Shown here piece by piece: positions 49,734 through 62,346 of a DNA stretch of 64,000 nt. The position numbers were made by a program, and so were the translations under genes. Source of the stretch: Oculina patagonica (lineage: Eukaryota); assembly GCF_052425735.1 (NCBI RefSeq), contig NC_135761.1:12152001-12216000 (forward strand), written 5' to 3'. Below the pieces are notes generated by a model. It did no database searches and was not told where the DNA came from. It saw only the letters and a list, made by a program, of their open reading frames with translations. The first letter of the stretch is position 1; each line of letters starts with the position of its first letter.

Positions 49734-50340
49734 ATAGGCCTGATCAAAGGTTTGCTTAAAGGCCCGGCAAAACGAGAAAACATGTTTCCATAATTGTTTC
49801 CTCTTTTTGCCACGATTCCATGCTGCGCGGAAACACGGAACGTTTCTGTCGTGTTGCAGACTGCAGACTGTAAGCAAAATAGCACCATCTTATTCGCCCC
49901 AAACGTAAACCATAAGGCGCTGTCTAAGCTGTGCAACAAAGAAGGTGGATTTCTGAGTATTTCCCACCAAATTATGCTACAAATTCTATCATTATCTTTG
50001 CTTGGCTGCGATCAGACTAATTTTTTTTCCGCGCTCTTGTGTACTCTACGCGGGTTAGACAAAAAATAAGGCTAAACATAATTAAGTGTCTACATTTTTT
50101 CGCGCGGCCGACGTTAAGGGAAAACAAGGACTCGAAAAAAATTTCTGACCAAAGTGTCTGCGTAAGTTTTGGTGCGACCCACGTGAAACGTAAACAAGTA
50201 CACGGAAAAATAGGCCTGATCGAAGGTTTGCTTAAAGGCTCGCCGGCAAAACGAGAAAACATGTTTCCATAATTGTTTCCTCGTTTTGCCACGGTTCCAT
50301 GCTGCACGGAAACACGGAATGTTTCTGCCGTGTTGCAGAA
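49734..50340. repeat. Local duplication of a ~125-bp repeat segment
   Basis: ataggcctgatc..aggtttgcttaaagg...gtgttgcaga at 49733-49860 and 50210-50339. Confidence 0.8.
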
Positions 50341-52185
50341 ACAAATGTTGCTTCTTGGAGACAAAAATTGACGCTGGAAACAATGCTCTCCGTATGGCAA
50401 AACTGGATAACATGCGCCCGCTACGAGCGTTTCTGGAAACACATTTCCTCGTTTTGCTAGACCTTAAGTTATGACGTTTGCAATCCGTTTTCCGTCTTCC
50501 CCGAAGGCTTTCTTGGTTTTCTGCTATTTTTTCTTATCATTTAAAGCCATTCTTTTGAGATTTTGTTCCATTTGAAGAAAATTGTGTAAGTATCACAAAA
50601 TCGACAAAATTAACGTGACTTATAAAATCCCTCGAAGTGGTGTAATTTCTATTTTCATGTTATTGTAAATAGTTAATACAAATAAAAAACGAAATTTCAG
50701 TAAACATGTGGACGTGTGCTATTTACGAACGTCCAAATATTGATAGCGCAATGAAACGTGATCTTTTCAATTAGAAATTAGAAAGCATTGTCGCTCTTAT
50801 CTATTTAACAAGATTTTGACATCAGTTGGCTTTCCAACATTTTTAGCCAATCACAATGCAAATTACTGCAAGTGGATTTTCTTGTCTGACGTCTGCGGAA
50901 AAAGCTAAAGCACGTTCAACTTTTACCCCAGAAGCAATTTATTTTACGCGCGTAAATCATTTTGCCAGTTATACTTCACCTTTAAAAGTAAAAAACGTTT
51001 GGAATTTATCCACCAACTGTAAGTTTTATAAAACGATTTTCTTGGGATATTTCCATTCACATTTCAATTTAATGATATGCATATATATCTGCAGGTAATA
51101 AGTATGTCATTCTTCACGTCATGTGTCAAATTGAACATTATCGAAGAAGTGCAGAGGAACTAGACTTACAACAATTCCGTTAATTATTACGGTCGGTCAC
51201 ATTTCGGTCAATTTTTTACCCATAAACGCTCGTTATTTCCCACGATCGACTACCTTTTGGAGTTTTCAAACTTGATTTTCTTTATTTAAATAAAAATTCT
51301 AGAGCACAACCACTTGAAATGTCTAACAAAAGCAAGAACAAACTTGTATATTTTGTATATATTTTTTACAATGAAAAGCGTTGTTTTGTTCACAGTACTG
51401 CGAGTAAGAGTCGAATGGAATTTAACCCTTTCCCCTCAAGAACCCCCGAAAATAAGCACCCCCAAAAACTGATCTCAAACGGAAAAATGCTTCCAATCAA
51501 CCCTCGTCTACCGAATAAAAGCCCATAACATTATATTCAGATTCAGATCAGTATGTCTTCTTCCAGGCGTTTATATAGTTCCCCCGAATACAAGCCTCCT
51601 TTGTACTGCTTGGGTTTGTGTTTTATTTTTTTTCGGAGTATAATCAGAGACTTGTAATGTTCACTTAGCGCAATGTGAATTTTGGAGTGTGGATTGAAAC
51701 TTGTTACGATGTATCAAACGTTAACCGTTTTTTCTTTCTTTTTGCCTTTGCCTTTGCCGTTTGATGGTCTGACTAATTAGAATTTGCTATTTTACCATTT
51801 GACAAAAGTAAACATGCTAAATTTGGTATGGAAATGAAAACTTAGCTGAAGTCAAAACATCCTCGTTCAACATTTGAATATTTATGTTACATGGGTTCCT
51901 TTTGTGCTGAATGTTTTCTTAAAGGCAGGTGTCAGCGATACAGCTTGGAAACGGGCGACATCGTGAAATAAAAATTTGTCTCGAATTCGGCAGTCAGTAA
52001 ATAATTTAAAATTGGAGTTATATGCCGAAAGCAGTTACTCGTAGAAAAAAAGGCAAGTTCATTTCACACCAAATAAAAATTAATGTCCTTCAATATAATT
52101 CGGGTATAGACTGTAATATTTAGTCCTCGTTAAAGGTCTGTCGGTAAATGAAGTAATTTTTCATTAACTCGAAATGCTGTTTTTA

Positions 52186-52230
52186 TGACGTATCACGTGA
52201 TAAAATAGTATTTTTGTTTACTATATATAT
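52186..52230 (+). promoter_or_regulatory. Half-CRE, E-box and TATA-like core promoter of the GPCR
   Basis: TGACG 52186-52190, CACGTG 52194-52199, TATATATAT 52222-52230. Confidence 0.45.
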
Positions 52231-52358
52231 GAGGAAGTTCAGCGGGTGGTCTTTTATCATGCCTTTTCATTAATTCCTTAACTTCACTTTAACTTGAAAA
52301 TATCAGACGTCTGATACGAAAAAATTCGAACACATCACCGAACTGTAAACAACACGAA

Positions 52359-53348
52359 ATGCTGCTATCGAGTGAAGAAGCGCTTGCTTTCGCCGGGGTT
52401 CTCTTGTTCATTTTCTGTTTTGGCCTGGTGGGAAATGTTTTAGTTTGTTTAGCTATTTACTGCGACAGAGATCTCCGTCGACAGCATTCGAACTATTTTC
52501 TTTTTAACCTCGCGGTAACAGATCTATTAACCGTCATATTTGTAATACCGTTCTGCGCCGCTGCGCTGATACAAGAGAACTGGCGTTTTGGCGACGCCTG
52601 GTGTCAAGCCACGGCTTTTGTGTACTACAGCTTGGCGATCGTTGGCCTTGAAAGCCTAGCGTTTATAAGCTGGGATCGTTTTTATGCCATCATCCATCCG
52701 CTCAAGTACAGGGCGAACGTAACTTCGAAAAGGATTTGCACCGCCATCGCTATAAGTTGGGTCTGGGCGATTATTTTTACAATCCCTTGCGCTGTATTAG
52801 GTTGGTTCAGATACGGACAGTACGAGTCAATGTGTACGTATAACTTCACCGGGACGGGAGATAAGTGGAAAACGCGGGTGATAATTTACAGTATTCTTAC
52901 GATTGTGCTGTGTATCACGATACCGTCGGGGGTGATTCTGTTCTGCTATCTTCGAATTATTTCTGTTGTGAGACGTCAAGGAAGGCGAGTTGACACCATC
53001 ACTTCAAGAGAAACACCGAATGTTAATTCCAGGCGTCATGCATGGAGAAACTACTACAGATTTAAAGGTCTCCGGACAATAACTTTAGTAATAGTTTTAT
53101 TCATTCTTTCGTGGATTCCCTTCAGTGTAACACGACTTATAAAAACGATAACATGGAATCATGAAATCATTCCAGCCGTAGTGGACACATTCGCTACTGT
53201 GCTATCATTGTTCAGCACTGCCGCTAATCCTGTAGCGTACAGCTTGTTCAGAAAAGACTTCCGAAGAGCATTCAAAAGACTTCTTCAGCAAGCGTGTTGT
53301 TGTTGCAAACTAGGAACAGACCAAAATGAAATAGGTAGGGTGGAGTAG
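52359..53348 (+). CDS. Class A (rhodopsin-like) GPCR, 329 aa, intronless CDS
   Basis: GN in TM1, LAVTD in TM2, WRFGDAWC, DRF, SWIP in TM6, NPVAY in TM7, helix 8 DFRRAF, CCCC tail. Confidence 0.95.
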   Translation: MLLSSEEALAFAGVLLFIFCFGLVGNVLVCLAIYCDRDLRRQHSNYFLFNLAVTDLLTVIFVIPFCAAALIQENWRFGDAWCQATAFVYYSLAIVGLESLAFISWDRFYAIIHPLKYRANVTSKRICTAIAISWVWAIIFTIPCAVLGWFRYGQYESMCTYNFTGTGDKWKTRVIIYSILTIVLCITIPSGVILFCYLRIISVVRRQGRRVDTITSRETPNVNSRRHAWRNYYRFKGLRTITLVIVLFILSWIPFSVTRLIKTITWNHEIIPAVVDTFATVLSLFSTAANPVAYSLFRKDFRRAFKRLLQQACCCCKLGTDQNEIGRVE

Positions 53349-54404
53349 AAAATTATCTCTAATGCAGTGACATTTATCATGTTTGTTGACTTTTGATAAA
53401 TTATAGCAAATTGTAAATCAGCAACTGAAAATGAGCTTTTCGTAGACGAAATAAAAAAAAAGACATTTTTTCCTGTTACGCACGCGAGTTAAATTGAACA
53501 GCTGGTTGAACCGTAGTTTTCTAAGCTCGTCAAACAAACCGACGTTCAAGCCAGTGTAAGGCTAAATAAAGGGTTTGCCCTCAAGCATACAAAACCGTTT
53601 TTAATTTTTACGGTGATAAGAACAGACACGTTTAATTATAACTGCTGCTATAAAACTTCAATTCTCTTTTGAAGTTTGTGTAGAAGCGAGAACTTCATAG
53701 GTTTTTAACGCCTTTTTTGTCGTAACGTACAACAATCGTCCTTCGTCAAAAACAGATCATTCTTTGCCTTCGCTCCGATTAAAAGCTGGTGTCGATGGAA
53801 CGTTTGGAAATTTAGTACAGTTTATTTTGCTTTTTCCAGTGCTTGCGGAAATATTGTGCAATTTGTGCTCATCTCAAAATTTCACACGGTTAAGTCAAGA
53901 TAAAATAGTGTTTGATGAGGAGACAAAGAACTTGTCGATATTAGTCTGTGTAGTTTGTTTTTCTTTTCAAATATCAAAATGTGCAATTATAACGTGAAAT
54001 TAAACTGGCCCAGCAAGGTGTCCTTGAAGCTTTTACAATGGTTTGTTTTCAGTTTTTATTAATTTAAAATCTACTAGTATGAGATATACATCTCGGAAAA
54101 GAGCACATTACTTATTCAAATTACTTGAACAAAGTTTACTATTTGTCTGTGGCGATCAGTAGACTTAATAACATTTTACTCTGATGAAGGTGGACAGAGG
54201 CCACAGAAAATTTAGTGACTTAAAAGTAAGATCAGATGAATCATTCTAGTTATATGAACGAAGTTTGTTTCGTTCTTGTAAATTACAAGCTGTATTTTTA
54301 ATTAACATTAAAATTGACGAAAGGCTGAAGATGCGATCCCTCATTTTCTGGGCATATTCACGGTTTTTACCGAAGAACATTAAAAATTTCGCTGTGCCTT
54401 AATA

Positions 54405-55670
54405 GAGCGCTGATTGGCTACTCAGACTCGGAATATCCTTTGCTATTCACCTCCGAGCAACGCGCGGGAGAAAATTGGTAATCTTTTTAGGGAAAACTAG
54501 TCAAAAATAATTCTTTCGAGCTATATTATCTCACTAAACAACTATTCACCTCAGTGTCGGTGGCTAGTGGTGATCAATAGTTGTTAACTTTTCATCTCCG
54601 AGCAACGCGCGCACGAAACTTGTAATCGTTTCAGGAATAAATTAGACAAAAATCATCCTTTCGGGTTATTTTATCTCACTTTTCGGTGGCTTGTGGTGAA
54701 TATTTACCTCGCCGGGTAAATATCCACCACTTCCACTTCGGTGAATAGTTGTTAATTTATCTTTAATACCCACCGACACTGACCTCGATGTTAATAGTTG
54801 TTTTAGTATATTCTAAAACAGTGAGATAAAATAGCCCGAAAGAATGACTTTTGACTAGTTCTTCTCCTTTAAAGATTACCTTTCCTTTAAAACGGAACAA
54901 AACAAACACTATGAGAAAGAAAGATGTCCGTTACCTTTGTATGATTGTTGATGACTTCTAAGCGAATGTGGGAATCCTCTCGAAAATGAGAAGCTCCGGT
55001 GAGAAGAGAACTAAATAATGTTTGCTCAATCGATCTGACTGAGTTTCTCATCGATCGCCAAAACCGCCGTGTTTACGATCATTTCTAATGCCTTGAGAAC
55101 CATCTCTTGAAAATATTTTCGGTCCAAAAGCCTTGGTAGTTAATTTGAAAAATTCCCAGTGTTTAAAATATCTAGGACTTGAACGAGTTTCTTTCAAATC
55201 AAAGAAATTTTCATTCAGCAAAAGCGGCCATGTTTACTTGCCTGGATGTCAAAGGTGGCATGGCTAAGTAACCAAGCCTTCAAAGCTATAATCACCTCGC
55301 GCGGGGTGAATATAGCCTCATAAGCCGAGCTTCTCGACCAATCAGAATGCTTCAATTCTTATAATCACCTCTGAAATTATACTAATAGGCCTTATGCGCG
55401 ATAACGCCATATGCTCAAAATTCACCACCAAGCCTCGTTTGTGCGAATTATTCCTAACCTTCACGTAGTTTTCACGTGGGCATTCTTTTAATCTGTGCTG
55501 CTTTGGGAATTCGTACATGATAGAATTTACAAGTTTGCACTTCAGAAGCGAGGCTTGGTGGTGAAACTAGCCAGTCTGACGTGAACATGCATAACAAAGG
55601 ATATTCCGAGTTTGAGTAGCCAAACAGCGCGCGCCAAAAACGCTATCCACTGTTTTAGTATATTCTAATA
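54405..55670. mobile_element. Cluster of fragments of the 5544-5818 element family in both orientations
   Basis: ctgattggctactca.actc.gaatatcctttgctattcacct and actattcacctcagtgtcggtg shared with 5586-5755; reversed at ~54770 and ~55596. Confidence 0.7.
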
Positions 55671-56874
55671 GACCATAATAGACCGCATGCAAAGTTCAGA
55701 ACGTTTTTTAAAAAGAAATTAAAATAAGAAGAAACTTAGCAAGCAGCAAAAAAACCGTGGACGAAGATCCTGCTATTCCTGTCGGGAGATTGGATCTTTA
55801 AGTTAAGGGTCCACAATAAATCTAATCAACACAAAGGGAAACAAGGGTCTAGAAACCCGCCAATGTTGCGAACACATCTTGATAAACATGCCAAAAATAT
55901 TCTCTCTTTTAAAAGGTAAGATGTTTAAGCTGTCTAAGAACAGCAAAAGTATTTTCAAAAACCCACTCGATTTCTTAGATTAACAGAGATTGGAACAGGC
56001 TACGACGAATCACTTCAAAACGAAGGTTTTCTATCATACGAAACCTCGAGTCGAGGCGCGCAATGCATTCCGGTCGACAGAGAGTCTCTAAATGAAAGTT
56101 CATATGATGAAATAACTGAAAATACCAATAATTTGCTTTGACATTGAATTTTGTTGCTATATTTAGGACAACAAAATGGTCATTTTGCTGCCGCGAGCGG
56201 CCATTTTTGTTTCCATCATGCAAGCAAGGCTATGACATTGCATTAGACAAGGAGTGGAAGATGAGTCAATATACATGTAAACAGCGATAAAAAAAAGTGA
56301 AAGCGAGTCGTCTCTCGTGCTAGAAACCGAGTCAGATGGAAAACCTCAAGACTACTGCATAGCTGATAAAACGAGTATAACATTTGTTTACATTATTTTC
56401 TTATGCCGCTTCTAAGGCTGTCGTCAACTCTAATAATTGGCATTTGACAAGTACCATGAATTTGGGATTGCAGGAGAAGCATGTACCCCCATATATAGAG
56501 GGTTTCAAATTGAAAATTAAAAATAAATATCAAATAAAAAATACGTTTCCACAAAAAAGAATGATTTAATAACATTTTATAAATGACAGAAATTTTTCTG
56601 CTCAAATTAATTAATTACTTGCTTGTGTAATTATGTTTGTATTCCTAATTGTAACTGTAAAACTACTGTACTAGCTAGTACAACTGCGAATAAGTATTGT
56701 TGATTAAATATCAAGTCAATAACAACAAAGTTTCTGTAATTTTTTAAAAAAATATTACCTTATAATTAACTAATAACTAGCATTGTCGGTTAGTTACTAA
56801 TAACGGCAATTACGCGGCTGTTTTAGCTACTTTTTTTTCTTTTTTTTTTTGCAATTTTGAATTTATAATGAATA

Positions 56875-57063
56875 CAGTCAACTCTCTCATAAACGGACAC
56901 CATCGGGACCGGCTCCAACTGTCCGCCTTAGAGAGGTGTCCGTCTTATAGGGAGTTTTGTTACAGTACAATGACTGAAAAACGGCAGGGACGGGACTAAC
57001 ACAAGGTGGCGGTCTTAAGAGGTGTCCGTCTTATAGAGGTGTCCGTTAAAAGAGAGTTGACTG
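56875..57063. mobile_element. Tc1/pogo-type MITE
   Basis: CAGTCAACTCTC...GAGAGTTGACTG, same TIR as 8089-8263. Confidence 0.85.
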
Positions 57064-57540
57064 TTGTACACAGGCTGAGAAATGTAATTATGAGGGTCCT
57101 CCAGAAAACACTGAGTATACTTCTGATTTTTTAATTATATGCAATGTCCCATTTTTTTCAATCACAATGCCTTGATACATCCCTGGTATAATTTTTGTCT
57201 CCAGTTCCCAGGCAATTTTGTTTGATTCCAGGCAAAAAAATGCCCTGTCCTCTTTAAACAGTTTTTAATGGAGATTTTACTGGTTTACCCCTTCAACATT
57301 CAGACTAGTAACATTTGTTGAGTTAGGATCAGTTGTGAATAAAATAAACTAAAACTGACCATGCATGCAAAAGATGTAGAATAGCCTAGGATTCTTGGGT
57401 ATGGCATTGGTGTCTCAGGGTCTGTTTAAACTAGAGTGTTTCCTGGGAAGAACCTGTTTCATGGCACAACTAGTTCTCAGTTCATTTACAGCCTGTAAAC
57501 TGCGCCACTGTTCCCTAAGGTGGAGGTTTTCAGTCACTAG

Positions 57541-59259
57541 TTAGTGGACAAACTCTTTTAGTAGCTTTAGCTGGGATGCTTGGAAGTATGAAACCTGCAT
57601 ATTTGGTGGCAGAAATGAGGCTGTTCTATGCCATTTATTATTTCTAATATCAAAACACTCCACAGCACCCTGGTATGAGGTTTCATTTTCTCCTCCAAAC
57701 ACATAAATCATGTCATTTATACTCACAGCCCTACCAGCAGCTCTAGGACAACCAGTACTAGACACCAGGCTCCACTCATTTGTACTTGGCTCAAATATCT
57801 CACAGGAAGGTTCAATAATTGTATCCGTCATGTCACCAAATCCTCCAACAACAACAATTTTCTCACCAGCTGTGGCAGCAGCAGCAAACCGTCGAACTTT
57901 GGACATATTTGAAACCTTGGCCCACTGGCCAGTTAATGGATTGTAGCGCTCCACACTGTTTTGACAAACTTCACCATTATGACCAGCAATGACATAAATA
58001 TGATCTTGCAGTACAACTGCACTGTGACTAGCACGGCCAGTTTCCATTGATGCTACTTGCCTCCATTTATCAAAGATAGGACTGTATATTTGAACATCAT
58101 GCCAAGAACCCTCTCCACCGATCACATAAAGCTCTTCATTAAAAGCTGTGACTGAACAGTCTTTTACATTTAGTTTTTTATCATAGGAGCTCCATTTATT
58201 TAGTTTTGGGTTAAAACAGTACATTTTTGCAGAGTTTTTCCCACCCAGTACGTACAAGAGTCCACCACACACTGCGGCTCCATGATGACTACGAGGGTGA
58301 GGCATCATGGGTAGGGACAACCATGTCATGGTAGAGGGTACAAAACAGTTCATATCCATTTTTAAACGTTCCTCACTTTCTCCACCTGTGAGCACCACCA
58401 CATGCTCATATTTATCTAAAGACAAACGGGGTTTCAGTGGCATGTCTTGGAAGCGGTCTGGGAACAGACAGAAATCCAGTGCATTAATTACTACCCTCAT
58501 GCAAGTGGGGTCCTTACTGACCAACTCTTCATCGATAATTTTTCGTAGTCTGAACTTTGTCATTGAGAACAGTCTTACACATTTCAGTAGTTCAGGAAGT
58601 AAACACTCCCTTGATGGCAGATCATGTTTAACCCAAGCAATCACTGAATTATATACTTCCTCTTCTTCAGACACATTTATCTCGTCCATGGAAATCAGTT
58701 CTTTGACTTTCTCTGAATCAAGCCCTCTGAAATCTTCAGATTTCGTGACTGCAACGAAGTTTTCCAATTTATAAGTAGCTGCAGCTTGCTTTAGTGACTC
58801 ACAGTTATACTGAGAAGCAAACGATTCTAAAGCCAAGCAATTTGAAGCATTAATTGAGCCCTTCAGGAAAAGTGACGCTCTCGTTTTCAAACTTGGAATG
58901 ATCAAGTAGTCTGCGATCATTACCAAGTCTTGTGCGTTAGCAGAATCGATGCTTACTTTACCAGTGTAAATAAATTCAAGGACATCGCTAATCGTCGTCG
59001 ATTTTGCTTCCTGTAATTCCACAACATTGCTTTCCGTTTCCTTCATTTGACTGGTAAACATAGCCCAGAAGTAAGGGCTTGCAGCAGATAGAACACATTT
59101 GTGGGCAGTGAAGTCTTGTCCCTGAGCTCGGATAGTTGTATCGCAGAGAATGTTCGTTTCTTTAAGTTCGTTTAGTTTATGAAGCAACTCGTCTCTGAAA
59201 TCATCGTAAATCGTCTCATTCTCTTGCTTGTCGTCCTCACTATGCACGCAGTTGTCCAT
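57541..59259 (-). CDS. Kelch-like protein (BTB-BACK-Kelch), 572 aa, intronless CDS
   Basis: LCD..AHKCVLSAASPYF BTB; EEEVYNSVIAWVKHD BACK; six GG/Y/W Kelch repeats. Confidence 0.95.
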   Translation of the reverse strand: MDNCVHSEDDKQENETIYDDFRDELLHKLNELKETNILCDTTIRAQGQDFTAHKCVLSAASPYFWAMFTSQMKETESNVVELQEAKSTTISDVLEFIYTGKVSIDSANAQDLVMIADYLIIPSLKTRASLFLKGSINASNCLALESFASQYNCESLKQAAATYKLENFVAVTKSEDFRGLDSEKVKELISMDEINVSEEEEVYNSVIAWVKHDLPSRECLLPELLKCVRLFSMTKFRLRKIIDEELVSKDPTCMRVVINALDFCLFPDRFQDMPLKPRLSLDKYEHVVVLTGGESEERLKMDMNCFVPSTMTWLSLPMMPHPRSHHGAAVCGGLLYVLGGKNSAKMYCFNPKLNKWSSYDKKLNVKDCSVTAFNEELYVIGGEGSWHDVQIYSPIFDKWRQVASMETGRASHSAVVLQDHIYVIAGHNGEVCQNSVERYNPLTGQWAKVSNMSKVRRFAAAATAGEKIVVVGGFGDMTDTIIEPSCEIFEPSTNEWSLVSSTGCPRAAGRAVSINDMIYVFGGENETSYQGAVECFDIRNNKWHRTASFLPPNMQVSYFQASQLKLLKEFVH

Positions 59260-59986
59260 CTTTCCTTCTCTTCGATCTGATCAACACGCTTCTGGGAGAG
59301 TAGGTGCTTCATGTATGAGGACGCATTTTATACCTATGCGAGGTAATGTCACGCAATCTAGTAGTCGGTAACGTATCAGTCAGAAGATCGAAATGTCCCG
59401 GAAAATGTCCCGGAAAAAGGAGTTGCATAGTGTAAGATGTTATGCACCTAACAATGTTAAGGCGCAGATGGGGAGGGGAGGGGAAGGCCGGGTATAGGTG
59501 AAGGGGATTTTCTGTTTAAATGCTCCACCCCAGCACAAGGATGGCCAAAAGAATAAAATCCAAAAAACTCCACTACGGACAAATATTGCTGTCAAATCCC
59601 TCGTCTGCGCCTGTCCTCCACCGTTGAGGTCAAACATTGACGGGTGCGGTAAGGCGATGAAATTTTAAGAGGTCTTAAGAAGGGATAAAAAAAAGTTTTG
59701 GATCACCACCATTCGTGTAATGAACATAAAGCTTTTGAATTACTTAAAACGCGATCGGAATATTTGCATTTAACCTTCTAAGTTAATCGGTGGATAAACG
59801 GCGTTCAGGTATTCAAGAAATCCAAGATGTAACCGGCATCGAGCTATAAATAGATATCAAGAAATCCATCAGTTCAATAGGCCATTTTCAAAAATACCAT
59901 AATACTCTTTGTTGTCCCTCCAAAATTTTGCATAATCATTGTTTTCAAGGGGTGTCGAATGGTAAACACGAGACTTTGCGAGACGG

Positions 59987-61030
59987 CCATCCTCAGAGAC
60001 CCAGGGGCAGTTAGTCGGGACGACGGGATTTTCGGGCGAAAGTTTAAAACAAGCTTGGGAGAGCCCCTGGGCACTTTCTTTTTCCGAACCAGTTCCAGAA
60101 GCGTTTGACTCCTTCCTTCTGATTGGGCAGAAAAACAGTTTTTCTGGCCAATCAGCAAGGATGACCAGCTGAGCGGCTCTGACGCCTTCTTACACGAAGT
60201 TCTGGCAAAAATTTTTTACTCTTACAGAAGCCTCTTTACAACACTTAAAAGTACAATTATATTTAGTGACCCCCCCTTACAGACCATTTTTTTTTGGCTT
60301 GCCCCCCCTTTAAAGCCAAATTTTTTTGGATGGCCCCCCCTCAATTCCCACCAGCCCCCCCCCCCCCATCTCATAAAAAATGAACCGTCCCTTACACGAA
60401 GTTGTTTTCCTCATAGACTCGTCGTGGTTGCGTCCGTGCATCGGATGATTTTACGTGGAGAGTGTCAGAAAAGAATAAGCCTTACACGACTTCCAGTTTT
60501 ATACTGTTAGTTGCGAGTAAACAACAATTCTTATTATTTTTCCTTGATTGTTAAACGACTTCTGAAACTTTCCACGGTGTGGGTGTCTTCGTTGCACGGG
60601 CCACGCAATAGCGAACATATCGCTGACGACACCTATTGTTATTTTGTTGCCAGCTTGACTATTAAAACAAAGGGTTTTTTGTTTGATTTGTTGGATATTT
60701 AAATAACCAAAACAAAACTTATAAACAGTGTAGAAAGTGGTGCATCGCTTATATAGCTATAAAAACTCATTTGTTTGCTTGCGCTATGCCACAGTTTGCA
60801 AATTCCCAGGCCTCATTGTTTTGTTGTTGTTGTTTTTTTTTTATCTGAGGCTCTCCACGTAAAATTATCCGATGGACGGGCTAATTCTAAACAACCACGA
60901 CGATTCTATGAGGAAAACAACTTCGTGTAAGAAGGCGTCAGAGCCGCTCAGCTGGTCATCCTCGCTGATTGGCCAGAAAAACTGTTTTTCTGGCCAATCA
61001 GAAGGAAGGAGTTCAAACACTTCTGGAACT
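59987..61030. mobile_element. Long inverted-repeat pair, left arm interrupted by a second insertion
   Basis: 60091-60201 plus 60404-60461 are the reverse complement of 60853-61030; insert 60202-60390 bounded by duplicated cttacacgaagtt. Confidence 0.75.
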
Positions 61031-61281
61031 ACAACACCTATGTAAAATGGTTGACACACTGGTCAGAACAAGCTATTAAAAATCAAATTATAGCAACTCC
61101 TAAAACATCGACTAAATTATCTAATCCCTACTCCCTCCATCTGGTTTAATGTTGCTACAAAACACAGATTTTAGGTGAGCTTCAAAACATTCTCGTCCAT
61201 GCTGAAGTATGCTTATGATAAACATCTACTGTGAAAAGACTTACTTCAACACTTCAACGCATATCAGTCGAGTTTCAAGCT

Positions 61282-61590
61282 CATTCTTGTTCCCCAGATT
61301 CACTTGTCTCTCTTAGCCAGTGAAAGCTATGCATGGAAAACAAGTGATATGTTCATGATTTGATTGGCTACATTTTAACAATTAAGGGAGTTTCAAATCA
61401 AGCCAATCAAATCAACCATTTCAAACTCTAGTATAACAAAGGGAATTTAAAATGGCTCAATTGACTGGCTGTTCCTTTTGTAAAATCCAGCCAATCAAAT
61501 CATGTGTCTCCAGAGCCTCTTGCTTCTCGTTAATTCTTGTGCACAGGCTTTACCAGCTAAGAGGGGCAAGTGGCTCTGGGAATGAGAATG
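61282..61590. mobile_element. MITE with ~11-bp degenerate TSD
   Basis: CATTCTTGTTCCCCAGA...TCTGGGAATGAGAATG flanked by agtttcaagct / agcttcaaact. Confidence 0.65.
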
Positions 61591-62346
61591 AGCTTCAAAC
61601 TGGAATATATATATGAGTAACTGCAAAGTAATAAGTGTTGAAATAAGTCTTTTGGCAGTAGATGTAAATCAAAAGCATATAATTTTCAGTATTTTGCCAT
61701 CATCCTTAATTTAATTCTTATAAGGCCAGAAACCCATGCGCGCGCACAGCGTTTGAATATCCATTTTGCTTAGTACCATCTTTGGAAACAAGAATTTGTA
61801 CGTGAATGCTTTACACACGCAACATAATTTTTGGTTTTGCGGTAAGTTGCTTGAATTTCGACCTAAACGCCGTAAATTTCTTACAGAAACTAAAGAAATA
61901 TATTAAGTGTATCGAAGCGAAGTTCTCCAGATTACTTCAAGAAGATGAAACAGTAGAATTTAACCAAATTTAACTTTATTCAACCAAGCTTGGTTTAAAA
62001 CAAGATTACGCCATCGAGCGCGAGCTTTTCCAAATATGGTACTTAGTGTAAACGAATGTGCAAACGCTTTGTACAATGCCAATCATAGGGAATTACACGT
62101 TTCAACCCTTACGGGTTTCTGATAAGGCGCAAAATTGTTGTGAATATGCTCTAATCATCCATGTAACTTAACCACACAACTACTGTAGAACAGTGTTCTT
62201 TTAGTTTGTAAATTAAATCATAGAGTTTTAAAATCCGTGTGGAATTTGCAGCACGAATGATTAGTTCCCAGTTCTTTCTAAGCCTACCCAATACAGTGGC
62301 TAGCAAACGTGAGTAAATATCCCACCCCTCCCAGGGAGAGGTTTTT

